NCBI GenBank assembly: GCA_039908535.1
Contig: JAMOAW010000002.1
Span: 25,462-89,461, forward strand
From: Magnetococcus sp. DMHC-6
Lineage (GTDB): Bacteria > Pseudomonadota > Magnetococcia > Magnetococcales > JADFZT01
Length of the DNA stretch: 64,000 nucleotides
Direction: 5' to 3'
Both the position numbers and the translations under genes were made by a program. Position 1 is the stretch's first letter; each line of letters opens with the position of its first letter. Shown here in pieces: positions 19,602 through 27,394 of the stretch. Below the pieces are notes generated by a model. The model worked only from the letters and a program-made list of their open reading frames with translations, had not been told where the DNA came from and did not search any database.

Positions 19602-19750
19602 CGAACGATGCCCTGCGGAAAAAAAATCAAATGCCAAACCCTGGGGGATGAATCCCCCAGACCCCCTCTTTTTTTTAAAACTTAAAAAAAAGAGGGGGTC
19701 TGGGGGGCAGTTCTCCGCCCCCCAAAGGTCTTGATTTTTTCCGATACATT
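19602..19750 (+). repeat. REP/MITE family 2 copy R3
   Basis: CGAACGATGCCCTGCGG...CCCTGGGGGATGAATCCCCCAGACCCCCTC T-run / A-run GAGGGGGTCTGGGGGGCAGTTCTCCGCCCCCC...CCGATACAT. Confidence 0.85.
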
Positions 19751-19759
19751 AAAATTTGA

Positions 19760-20068
19760 TTATTTAATCTTTACACCACCAGCATCAACATCTGAATTTC
19801 TTAATGCTTTAATATTTCCTGTATCAGAGGTTGTCTTAATATCTGAGTTTTGAATTTTTGTGCCACGTCCAACTTCAACGATAGCCGCTCCAACTGTGGA
19901 ATTGTCTGCACCTTCAATATTACCGGTTTTAGCCTCTGTATTCAAAGTAGAATTCTGGATCGTGGTTGTATCGGTTGAACCACCTGAACTAAGTGCAGTT
20001 AGACTATTAGAAAAGGCCGATGTTATAAAAATAAAAGTAGAAACAACGAATGCAAATAATGAGAACAT
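19760..20068 (-). CDS. Small secreted two-repeat protein, paralogue 4 (5' end abuts or overlaps a REP copy)
   Basis: MFSLFAFVVSTFIFITSAFS..., then TTIQNSTLNTEAKTGNIEGADNSTVGAAIVEVGRG / TKIQNSDIKTTSDTGNIKALRNSDVDAGGVKIK. ATG 20068..20066 lies inside the GAACAT terminus of REP R4. Confidence 0.6.
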   Translation of the reverse strand: MFSLFAFVVSTFIFITSAFSNSLTALSSGGSTDTTTIQNSTLNTEAKTGNIEGADNSTVGAAIVEVGRGTKIQNSDIKTTSDTGNIKALRNSDVDAGGVKIK

Positions 20069-20223
20069 AATGCCCTGCGGGAAAAAAAAATCAAATGCCA
20101 AACCCTGGGGGATGAATCCCCCAGACCCCCTCTTTTTTTTAAAACTTAAAAAAAAAGGGTGGGGGGAATTGGGGGGTGGCTCTGCCCACCCAAAGGTCTT
20201 GATTTTATTTTTCCAATACATAA
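20063..20223 (+). repeat. REP/MITE family 2 copy R4
   Basis: Full-length copy GAACATAATGCCCTGCGGG...CCAATACAT. Confidence 0.85.
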
Positions 20224-20250
20224 ATATTTTCATTCCATACTCCATAATAT

Positions 20251-20375
20251 GAACATAATGCCATTCGGGCAGAAAATAAAAAACAAAAAACTGAGGATTG
20301 AATCCCCAGACTCCCTCTTTTTTTAAATATTAAAAGAAAAGGGTAGGGGATTGAGGGGAGCAGTTCTTCTCTGAT
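20251..20375 (+). repeat. REP/MITE family 2 copy R5 (diverged), tandem to R4
   Basis: GAACATAATGCCATTCGGGCAG...CTGAGGATTGAATCCCCAGACTCCCTC.... It ends just before the caspase gene stop. Confidence 0.7.
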
Positions 20376-20383
20376 TGATAAGC

Positions 20384-22882
20384 TTATTCTTTAACTACCT
20401 GAAAATCCATCCCAGTGGAATTAAAGACAGGTGTTTGGTCATCTGTTTTATATTTATATACCAACAAAGGGACTTCTTGATGCATGTAGGTCAGTAATTC
20501 TTTGACAAAAATTGTCCCGTCTTCAGGTTTTTTGTCGGCTTGACCATCTAAACCAGTCAATATCGAATAGGTAAATATACCGTGTCCTAGCTCTGTCAAC
20601 TCATTAGCAGCTTGATTCCCCGTGGTGGCCGTCGCAATATGAATTCCTGTTGCACGCGCCAATTTTGCCATAGAACGTTGCTTATCAAAACTGGCAAACG
20701 CAGGCAAAGCTGAACCAGAGTAACACGCATCAATAAGGAGTAAAATTTTTTGCGCACCTATGTGGGCGATATATGATTTGAGTTCATCTGATGAAAGACC
20801 TTGCGTAGTAACAGATTTTTCCTCACCATCAAAATTGGTTGGAATAAAATACCAACGATTATTCATAGACACACCATGTCCTGCAAAATATAAAACAACC
20901 GTATCTTCAGGGGGAATGCGTTGTAGAGAATCCAAAGAAGTTTCAATCTGCTTTTTGGTCGCTTTTTGGTCGTAAATTTCGTATGTTGTTATATTATTGA
21001 AAACATTTATATATTTTTTTAAGAAAAAATCAAGAACGCCTTTGGCATCTAACACAGAAAAATCAAGATTCATTTCTTGAATTTGGTATTGATTGATCCC
21101 TACAACAAAAATATGCAATTTTGGTTTTATAGAAGCTTGGGTGACAGAGTCACCACCCGTAGGTGGTGATGCCACTTCTGTAGACGCAGATTTGGCATCT
21201 GGTGCTGTCGGTCTCTGGTTGGATTTTTCATCTTTGAGCTGATAGGATAATTTTTCTTCAATCGGTTCGCTCTCTATAAGATCTTTACTTAAACCAACTG
21301 TTTTTAGTACATTTTGTCCATTTACCAATTCGACACGATAAACCGTCTTTAACATTTCACCACTATCTTCAGTCAGATTTTCAGATGAAATAATTCGGCT
21401 TTTATCAATAATTTTTTGATTATGAAATAATCGGATCTCTTGAATTCCGCCGCCCTGATCCAGAGCATCAATACTCACATCCACCTCTTTAGAATAGCCG
21501 TTGGCATCAGGATTAACTGGTTTGATGATCATTTTAGGAGGCAGATAAAAACCATCGGATACCACCGGGACAACCGTGTTTTCTACAACATCTTTTTTTG
21601 CGAGAAGTTTACCAAGTAGGGCAGGGCGATAATAATTTTCAAGAAAGCCATCTAAAGCGAAAGAGTGTTGATCGCCTGCCCATTGAATGGCATCTAAACG
21701 ATCTTCAATGGCACCGTCTAAGGTTCCATCAAAATAGCCTTCTGGTGTGACAACCGCCCATCCCTCTTGCATAGAAACCAGACGTGCGATCTCCTTACCC
21801 GTTTCTTGATTCCAAACACGAAGCGTTTGGTCTGTTCCACCAGAGATCAACCAATCCTTCCCAGAGGCAAAAGTGACTGCATTGACCCCTTTTTGATGTC
21901 CCTCTAGGCGACGTATTTCGCGTCCATCGGAAACATTCCAAATGCGAAGGGTTTTATCCTGGCTGGCAGTGGCGAGGAAACGATGGTCTTGCGTAAAAGC
22001 CACTCCATTCACTTTTTCTTCATGCCCCGTGAATGTGGCCAATTTAGAACCGTCTGCAGGGTTCCAGAGATATGCTTGACCATCCTCGTGTCCTGTCACC
22101 AAAAATCGACCATCTGATGACCAAGCAATGCACAGAACAGCTCCTGTCGAAGCGTTCCATTCTAGAATAGGTTTTCCATCCATGGACCAAATTTGCACAC
22201 GACCATCTGATCCCGCCGTTGCCAATGATTGATTATCAGGAGCAAGGACCAAACCGTTTATTTGTTTTTCATGCGTTTGGATTGTTGACAATGGAGAAGC
22301 TGTTCTGAGATCCCAAATGCGTAGGGTGCCATCTAGGCTGGAGGTAATCAGTCGTTTTCCGTCGCGGGTAGGAGCCACACCCGTCACACTTCCGGTGTGA
22401 CCACGAAACGTAAGGAGGGTTTCTCTGGTCTCCATACGCCATAAACGCGCCGTACCATCCTCACTCCCAGTCACCAAAAAAGCTTTGCCAGCAGGGGCCA
22501 TCGACAAATTTTTTGGTAAAGGCGTTCCAAAAAACTCTTCCAAATTTTCAACAAAGGCCACACTGCGTACAGGCTGATTATGACCTGTGAGATTGACCTC
22601 TCTCTGACCATTATCAACATTCCAAACTTGAACTGCATGATTGCCGCTGGCACTTGCAAACCAAGTACCATCAGGACTAACAGCCACATCGTTGATGGCA
22701 GAACTATATCGAGATTGAATTTTAAACGTGGGTTTAAAAATTTGTCGTGTGTTTTTTTGTATCGCTTTGACAATGGTTTTGCTGGAATTGAACATGGCTG
22801 GACGGCTCTCGGCTGGTTGGCTGAAAAAGAGCAATCCTGTCAAAATAGATATGAAGCAAAGGTAGACCAAAAAGCGTTTCAT
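20384..22882 (-). CDS. Exported WD40-repeat protein with C-terminal caspase-like (peptidase C14) domain
   Basis: Signal peptide. Multiple WD40 blades (..H..V..VAF.PDG..L.T.S.DGT.R.W..). C14 dyad contexts VVLYFAGHGV (His) and KILLLIDACYSGS (Cys). 832 aa. Confidence 0.85.
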   Translation of the reverse strand: MKRFLVYLCFISILTGLLFFSQPAESRPAMFNSSKTIVKAIQKNTRQIFKPTFKIQSRYSSAINDVAVSPDGTWFASASGNHAVQVWNVDNGQREVNLTGHNQPVRSVAFVENLEEFFGTPLPKNLSMAPAGKAFLVTGSEDGTARLWRMETRETLLTFRGHTGSVTGVAPTRDGKRLITSSLDGTLRIWDLRTASPLSTIQTHEKQINGLVLAPDNQSLATAGSDGRVQIWSMDGKPILEWNASTGAVLCIAWSSDGRFLVTGHEDGQAYLWNPADGSKLATFTGHEEKVNGVAFTQDHRFLATASQDKTLRIWNVSDGREIRRLEGHQKGVNAVTFASGKDWLISGGTDQTLRVWNQETGKEIARLVSMQEGWAVVTPEGYFDGTLDGAIEDRLDAIQWAGDQHSFALDGFLENYYRPALLGKLLAKKDVVENTVVPVVSDGFYLPPKMIIKPVNPDANGYSKEVDVSIDALDQGGGIQEIRLFHNQKIIDKSRIISSENLTEDSGEMLKTVYRVELVNGQNVLKTVGLSKDLIESEPIEEKLSYQLKDEKSNQRPTAPDAKSASTEVASPPTGGDSVTQASIKPKLHIFVVGINQYQIQEMNLDFSVLDAKGVLDFFLKKYINVFNNITTYEIYDQKATKKQIETSLDSLQRIPPEDTVVLYFAGHGVSMNNRWYFIPTNFDGEEKSVTTQGLSSDELKSYIAHIGAQKILLLIDACYSGSALPAFASFDKQRSMAKLARATGIHIATATTGNQAANELTELGHGIFTYSILTGLDGQADKKPEDGTIFVKELLTYMHQEVPLLVYKYKTDDQTPVFNSTGMDFQVVKE

Positions 22883-22965
22883 GGTTTTGTTAGCTTCCCC
22901 CCATAAAAAGAATCTTTATCTTTAATAAAATATTAAAAAAAATTTTTTTTGTCAAGAATATTTAC

Positions 22966-23838
22966 TTAATTTTTAAAATTTTTTATTAAATCAAAATTTG
23001 CATGTATTTTAGAAAGAATTCGGGGCCACTCCTTTACCCAGCAACATTGATGATCAAAACTGGCGATAACACGTACTGAAATGGTTTTTGGGTCAGCAAA
23101 TTTATTTTGAAATGCATACGTCACTTCAGGAGGTACAATACGGTCCTGTGCTCCAATAAAATGAATTTGCGGTATATGTTGTAATGTCGAGGTATCCTCT
23201 GCTGGATCAAGGGAATCTGGCATACTAGAAACTCCGTGCCATTTGGTCCACATAGCGACATCTAAATTGGCGGCGATGGTCAATAACCAAGCAATATCCT
23301 TGCGCTCCCTCGCAATCAAGGTCGCCACAGTACCTCCTCCAGAATAACCAACCAGAGCAATGGAATCCGTTTTTGTTTGGGCTTTGACAACATCAATAAC
23401 CCTTGCCATAGCCACAATCACCTCCTGCGAATAACGGTGAGAAGTCCAATAGCGAACATCACACTCTTTTGAAATATTATCAACAAATTGACAAGGTCTA
23501 CTCACATATAAAACCTTGGATGAGGGATCCTGAAGAGCCAATTTTAAAGCAATCGGATTGGTCGGAGAGGGATTTTTTGAAGGTGTCCTTTGATTTAGCC
23601 AAGCCCTCCCATCGCCTTCAATGTAAACAACGAGTAAATCACTTGGTTCTTTTAAAATACGCAAAAAACCTCGTAGATGAAAAAAACCTGTTTCCCATTC
23701 TACCGATGAAAATCCACTGTGCTGTGCTAATTCAGAGGCTTCTTGCCATCGCACCATCCAAGAAGGGGTGCAACTCACGCCCCATATGCTGCATAAACAG
23801 TATATAAAAATTTTTCGCCATTTGTTAGAAAAATACAT
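22966..23838 (-). CDS. Alpha/beta-fold hydrolase, probable lipoprotein
   Basis: N-terminal signal with ..WGVSC. Nucleophile elbow LVGYSGGG. 290 aa. Confidence 0.6.
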   Translation of the reverse strand: MYFSNKWRKIFIYCLCSIWGVSCTPSWMVRWQEASELAQHSGFSSVEWETGFFHLRGFLRILKEPSDLLVVYIEGDGRAWLNQRTPSKNPSPTNPIALKLALQDPSSKVLYVSRPCQFVDNISKECDVRYWTSHRYSQEVIVAMARVIDVVKAQTKTDSIALVGYSGGGTVATLIARERKDIAWLLTIAANLDVAMWTKWHGVSSMPDSLDPAEDTSTLQHIPQIHFIGAQDRIVPPEVTYAFQNKFADPKTISVRVIASFDHQCCWVKEWPRILSKIHANFDLIKNFKN

Positions 23839-24051
23839 TATTTAAATCCTGATTTTCCCCAAATATTTTTTGTTTAATTTTTTTTATTCCAAAATCATGA
23901 CGTACAATTTTTTTAAAAAAACTTAACATATCTTGACATTTATATCAATATTTGATAAATTCTATATAAACATAAAGAAAAAAAATAAAAAGATGGCGTT
24001 TCTGACGCAATTAGGGTGAACGATTCTTCAATAATATGGAAGGATAGTGCT

Positions 24052-24990
24052 ATGTTTAAATATAAAATTTTATTTTTATCTATTTTTTTTGTTGTATTAA
24101 CTCTCTCCATGACGGTTCATGCGGCACCTACTCCTGTAGAATTATTAATGCAGGTAAAAGGAGATGTTTTCTACAGTCATGAGGGGGGAGAATGGAAAGC
24201 CGTCCACCGTAATAAATATCTATTTCCTGGCGATCAGATTAAAACTGAAAATGGGGGATCTGGTCGTCTTATTAACCAAAAGAAACAACAGTACCGCACC
24301 TTAGGTCCCAATACCCTTCTTAAAATTAACGATGACCAAGCCTCGTTGGTCTCTGGGACTTCCCTTTCAGATTTTCAAGCCTTAGATGAACTCTCAAGCT
24401 CAGTCACCAATTTGTTTTCCAATTCACAAATGTATACCACAAAACGACGCAGTATCTTACACAAAGAGACGATCCATTTGGAAACCATCCAAAAAATAAC
24501 TTTGTCCAATACATATCCAGAGTTAATTTGGGAAGAGCTCGGCCCACAATACAGCTACCGATTAACCATAGATGATCATAGTGTCGATATCCATGGAACA
24601 AACAATGAAATCGTCCGATATAAAATTTCCGAACTTTCGCCCGGAGAACATCCATACAAGGTGGAACTCTTGAAAGATGGCAAGGTGATCGAAAGCCCAA
24701 AAAAAGCAACAGTCATTCGTTGGCTATCTCATGATGAGATGGAAATCATCTCTCAAGAAATGGAAAAAATTCGGCATTTAATCCCAGATGACGATTTAAT
24801 CCTGGCCAGTTATTTGGAAGAAAAAGGGTTGGCTGTCGCGGCTATGGACATGTACCAAAAATATTTCAAAGAAAATCCTGAGGACGTGGATATGCGTCCT
24901 ATGATGATTCAATCTTATTATAACCTAAAATTGACCAATCTAAGGAAAAAAGAGATGATCAATTTTAGCTCGAGTGAAAGTGGAAAATAA
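24052..24990 (+). CDS. Secreted protein with FecR-like N-terminal domain
   Basis: MFKYKILFLSIFFVVLTLSMTVHA signal. VKGDVFYSHEGGEWKAV..NKYLFPGDQIKTENGGSGRL resembles the FecR domain pattern. The ORF maximum starts at 24016. Confidence 0.5.
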   Translation: MFKYKILFLSIFFVVLTLSMTVHAAPTPVELLMQVKGDVFYSHEGGEWKAVHRNKYLFPGDQIKTENGGSGRLINQKKQQYRTLGPNTLLKINDDQASLVSGTSLSDFQALDELSSSVTNLFSNSQMYTTKRRSILHKETIHLETIQKITLSNTYPELIWEELGPQYSYRLTIDDHSVDIHGTNNEIVRYKISELSPGEHPYKVELLKDGKVIESPKKATVIRWLSHDEMEIISQEMEKIRHLIPDDDLILASYLEEKGLAVAAMDMYQKYFKENPEDVDMRPMMIQSYYNLKLTNLRKKEMINFSSSESGK

Positions 24991-24992
24991 CA

Positions 24993-27032
24993 TCATTTTA
25001 TTTGCATCCCCGGTTTGGCTCCTGAATCTGGAGAGAGAAGAAACAGATCACTTCCTCCAGGTCCAGCAGCCAAAACCATCCCTTCAGAAACGCCAAATTT
25101 CATCTTACGAGGTTTGAGATTCACCACCGCTGCGACTAAACGACCTGCCAATAGAGCGGGATCATAAGCGACTTTGATCCCAGCAAAGACCCGTCGTTGC
25201 CCTAAATTTCCTACATCTAACACTAAATCCAAAAGTTTATCGGCCCCAGGCACTGAATTGGCTGAAAGAATACGTGCCACCCGAATATCCACACGGGAAA
25301 ACTCTTCCATGCCAATTTCCGCTGCTTGATCTATTGGAATAGCAGAACTCTCCAACTCTTTAGGAGGTGATTTAAGGGGGGCCATCTCCTCTTTTGCTTC
25401 ATTTAAGAGGAGTTCTATCTGTTTTGGGTCCACCCGTTGACACAAATGCTGGTAAACACCCACCTGATGTCCACGCAAAGGGGTCGCGCCATCCGCCCAG
25501 ACCATCGGGGCCAAATTCATAAATATTTCAGTCTGTTTGGCCAATTCTGGCATAACTGGTTTGAGATAAAGGATCAATAAGCGAAATAAATTTAAAGCGA
25601 CCGAACAGGTTTCATGGAGTTTTAAACGCGCCTCGCCATCACTCTGTTTGGCCAACACCCAAGGAGCCTGCTGTTCAATATAACGATTGGCTTGATCTGC
25701 CAACGTCATAATGCTGCGCATGGCTTTGTTAAACTCTCGTTCTTGATAAAAATGGGCGATTTCTTCTGAAGTTTGCACGAAGGTCTCAAAAAGACCGCCA
25801 TCGGTAGGGTAGGGGGTCGATAAAACCCCCGCAAAAAATTTATGCAAAAAACCCGCAGTGCGTGAAGCTAAATTGACCACTTTGCCAACCAGATCGCTAT
25901 TCACTCGAAAGGCAAAATCTTCAAAATTTAGATCAATATCATCCACTCGACTGGTTAACTTGGTGGCATAATAATAACGCAAATATTCTGGAGATAAAAA
26001 TTTTAGATAAGTACGGGCATTGATAAAAGTTCCGCGTGATTTGGACATTTTTTGACCATTTATGGTCAAAAATCCATGCGCAAAAATGGCAGTTGGGGTG
26101 CGAAATCCCGCCCCATGTAACATGGCTGGCCAAAAAAGAGTATGAAAATAAACGATATCTTTGCCTATAAAATGATAAACTTCGCTGTGATCACTGGATC
26201 GCCAATAGAGATCAAAATCTTCACCGGTGCGCTGACACCAATTCAATGTTGAGGCCATATATCCAACCGGGGCGTCCAACCAGACATAAAAATATTTGCC
26301 AGGAGCATCTGGAATTTCAAAGCCAAAATAGGGTCCATCTCTAGAAATGTCCCAATCTTTCAATCCCTCCTTAAACCATTCATCCAGTTTATGGGACATT
26401 TCCGGTTGCACAGATTCGGATTGACACCACTCTTTTAAAAACGTTTCAAAATGGTTCAATTGAAAAAAATAGTGCTCTGATTCGCGCTCTTCAGGGGGGT
26501 GATTACACAAGGCGCAACGCGCTTCAATTAAATCGGTCGGGGCATAGGTGGTACCACAGAGTTCGCAAGCGTCTCCATATTGATCCAAGGCCTTGCAGGA
26601 GGGGCACATCCCACGAATAAATCGATCAGGAAGAAACATGTTGTCGTGAATACAATAGGCTTGCCGGACATTTTTTACCTGAATGTGGCCAGCCTGGCGA
26701 TTTTTTTGATAAATTTCTTGACTTAAAAGACGATTTTCTTCCGAGTTGGTGGAAAAATAGTTATCAAAAGCGATGTGAAATGCGGTAAAATCTGCAACAT
26801 GTTCCTGATGCATTCGATTTACCAATTCAACAGGAGTGACTCCTTCACGCTGCGCCCGAATCATCACCGGCGTTCCGTGGGTATCATCGGCGCAGACATA
26901 CACACAGTGGCGTTGACGAAGCTTATGATAACGAACCCAAATATCGGTTTGTATATATTCTACCAAATGGCCTAAATGAATGGGACCATTGGCATAAGGA
27001 AGTGCGCTGGTGACCAAAATGCGAGATGTCAT
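24993..27032 (-). CDS. metG: Methionyl-tRNA synthetase
   Basis: HIGH-type [20 protein letters not shown], zinc-knuckle cysteines, and a C-terminal tRNA-binding (EMAP-like) domain. 679 aa. Confidence 0.95.
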   Translation of the reverse strand: MTSRILVTSALPYANGPIHLGHLVEYIQTDIWVRYHKLRQRHCVYVCADDTHGTPVMIRAQREGVTPVELVNRMHQEHVADFTAFHIAFDNYFSTNSEENRLLSQEIYQKNRQAGHIQVKNVRQAYCIHDNMFLPDRFIRGMCPSCKALDQYGDACELCGTTYAPTDLIEARCALCNHPPEERESEHYFFQLNHFETFLKEWCQSESVQPEMSHKLDEWFKEGLKDWDISRDGPYFGFEIPDAPGKYFYVWLDAPVGYMASTLNWCQRTGEDFDLYWRSSDHSEVYHFIGKDIVYFHTLFWPAMLHGAGFRTPTAIFAHGFLTINGQKMSKSRGTFINARTYLKFLSPEYLRYYYATKLTSRVDDIDLNFEDFAFRVNSDLVGKVVNLASRTAGFLHKFFAGVLSTPYPTDGGLFETFVQTSEEIAHFYQEREFNKAMRSIMTLADQANRYIEQQAPWVLAKQSDGEARLKLHETCSVALNLFRLLILYLKPVMPELAKQTEIFMNLAPMVWADGATPLRGHQVGVYQHLCQRVDPKQIELLLNEAKEEMAPLKSPPKELESSAIPIDQAAEIGMEEFSRVDIRVARILSANSVPGADKLLDLVLDVGNLGQRRVFAGIKVAYDPALLAGRLVAAVVNLKPRKMKFGVSEGMVLAAGPGGSDLFLLSPDSGAKPGMQIK

Positions 27033-27190
27033 GATCGAGTATCCAAAATTTTAAGATGGTAAAAAAATAATCCTTTCCAGATAAATTGGATATTAGGCTT
27101 GGATGATCGTGGCCGCAAGTATTTTTAAAAAAATGGAGATATTATAATTTAACATAATATACATTATACGACATTTATGAAAACCAAGCT

Positions 27191-27345
27191 TTGACCATTT
27201 TAATATGGTCTCCTTTAGTATAGTCTCCCTTATGGAAACCAATCTTAGTATGGTTTCCATAAGGGAAACCAATCTTTGACCATTTTTGACCATTTAGTAT
27301 GGTCTCCCTTTTTTGACCATTTTAGTATGGTCTCCCTTATGGTAT
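27191..27345 (+). repeat. Nested partial tandem copies of TTGACCATTT(T)AGTATGGTCTCCCTTATGG, each containing the dyad GACCAT-N5/6-ATGGTC, plus a perfect 15-bp hairpin
   Basis: Dyad copies at about 27193, 27285 and 27315, with a diverged copy. Perfect inverted repeat CCCTTATGGAAACCA (27227-27241) / TGGTTTCCATAAGGG (27251-27265). Lies in the metG / HD-GYP divergent intergenic region. Confidence 0.85.
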
Positions 27346-27394
27346 ACTTTTCTCAAAATTTATATAAATTTCGTTTAAAGGCATTTTAAATCTT

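Noticed and set aside
20069-20245. Upstream extension of paralogue 4 (MEYGMKIFMYWKNK...PQGIMFSLF)
   Set aside because: The extension is a read-through of REP R4. The same peptide-like strings (GWGELGGG, KPWGMNPPDPLFF) appear in ORFs over other REP copies (13032.., 35125.., 60043..).
27093-27293. 66-aa minus-strand ORF in the metG/HD-GYP intergenic region
   Set aside because: It is composed of the palindromic repeat units (ETILK.., LVS..ETIL) and has no coding signal.
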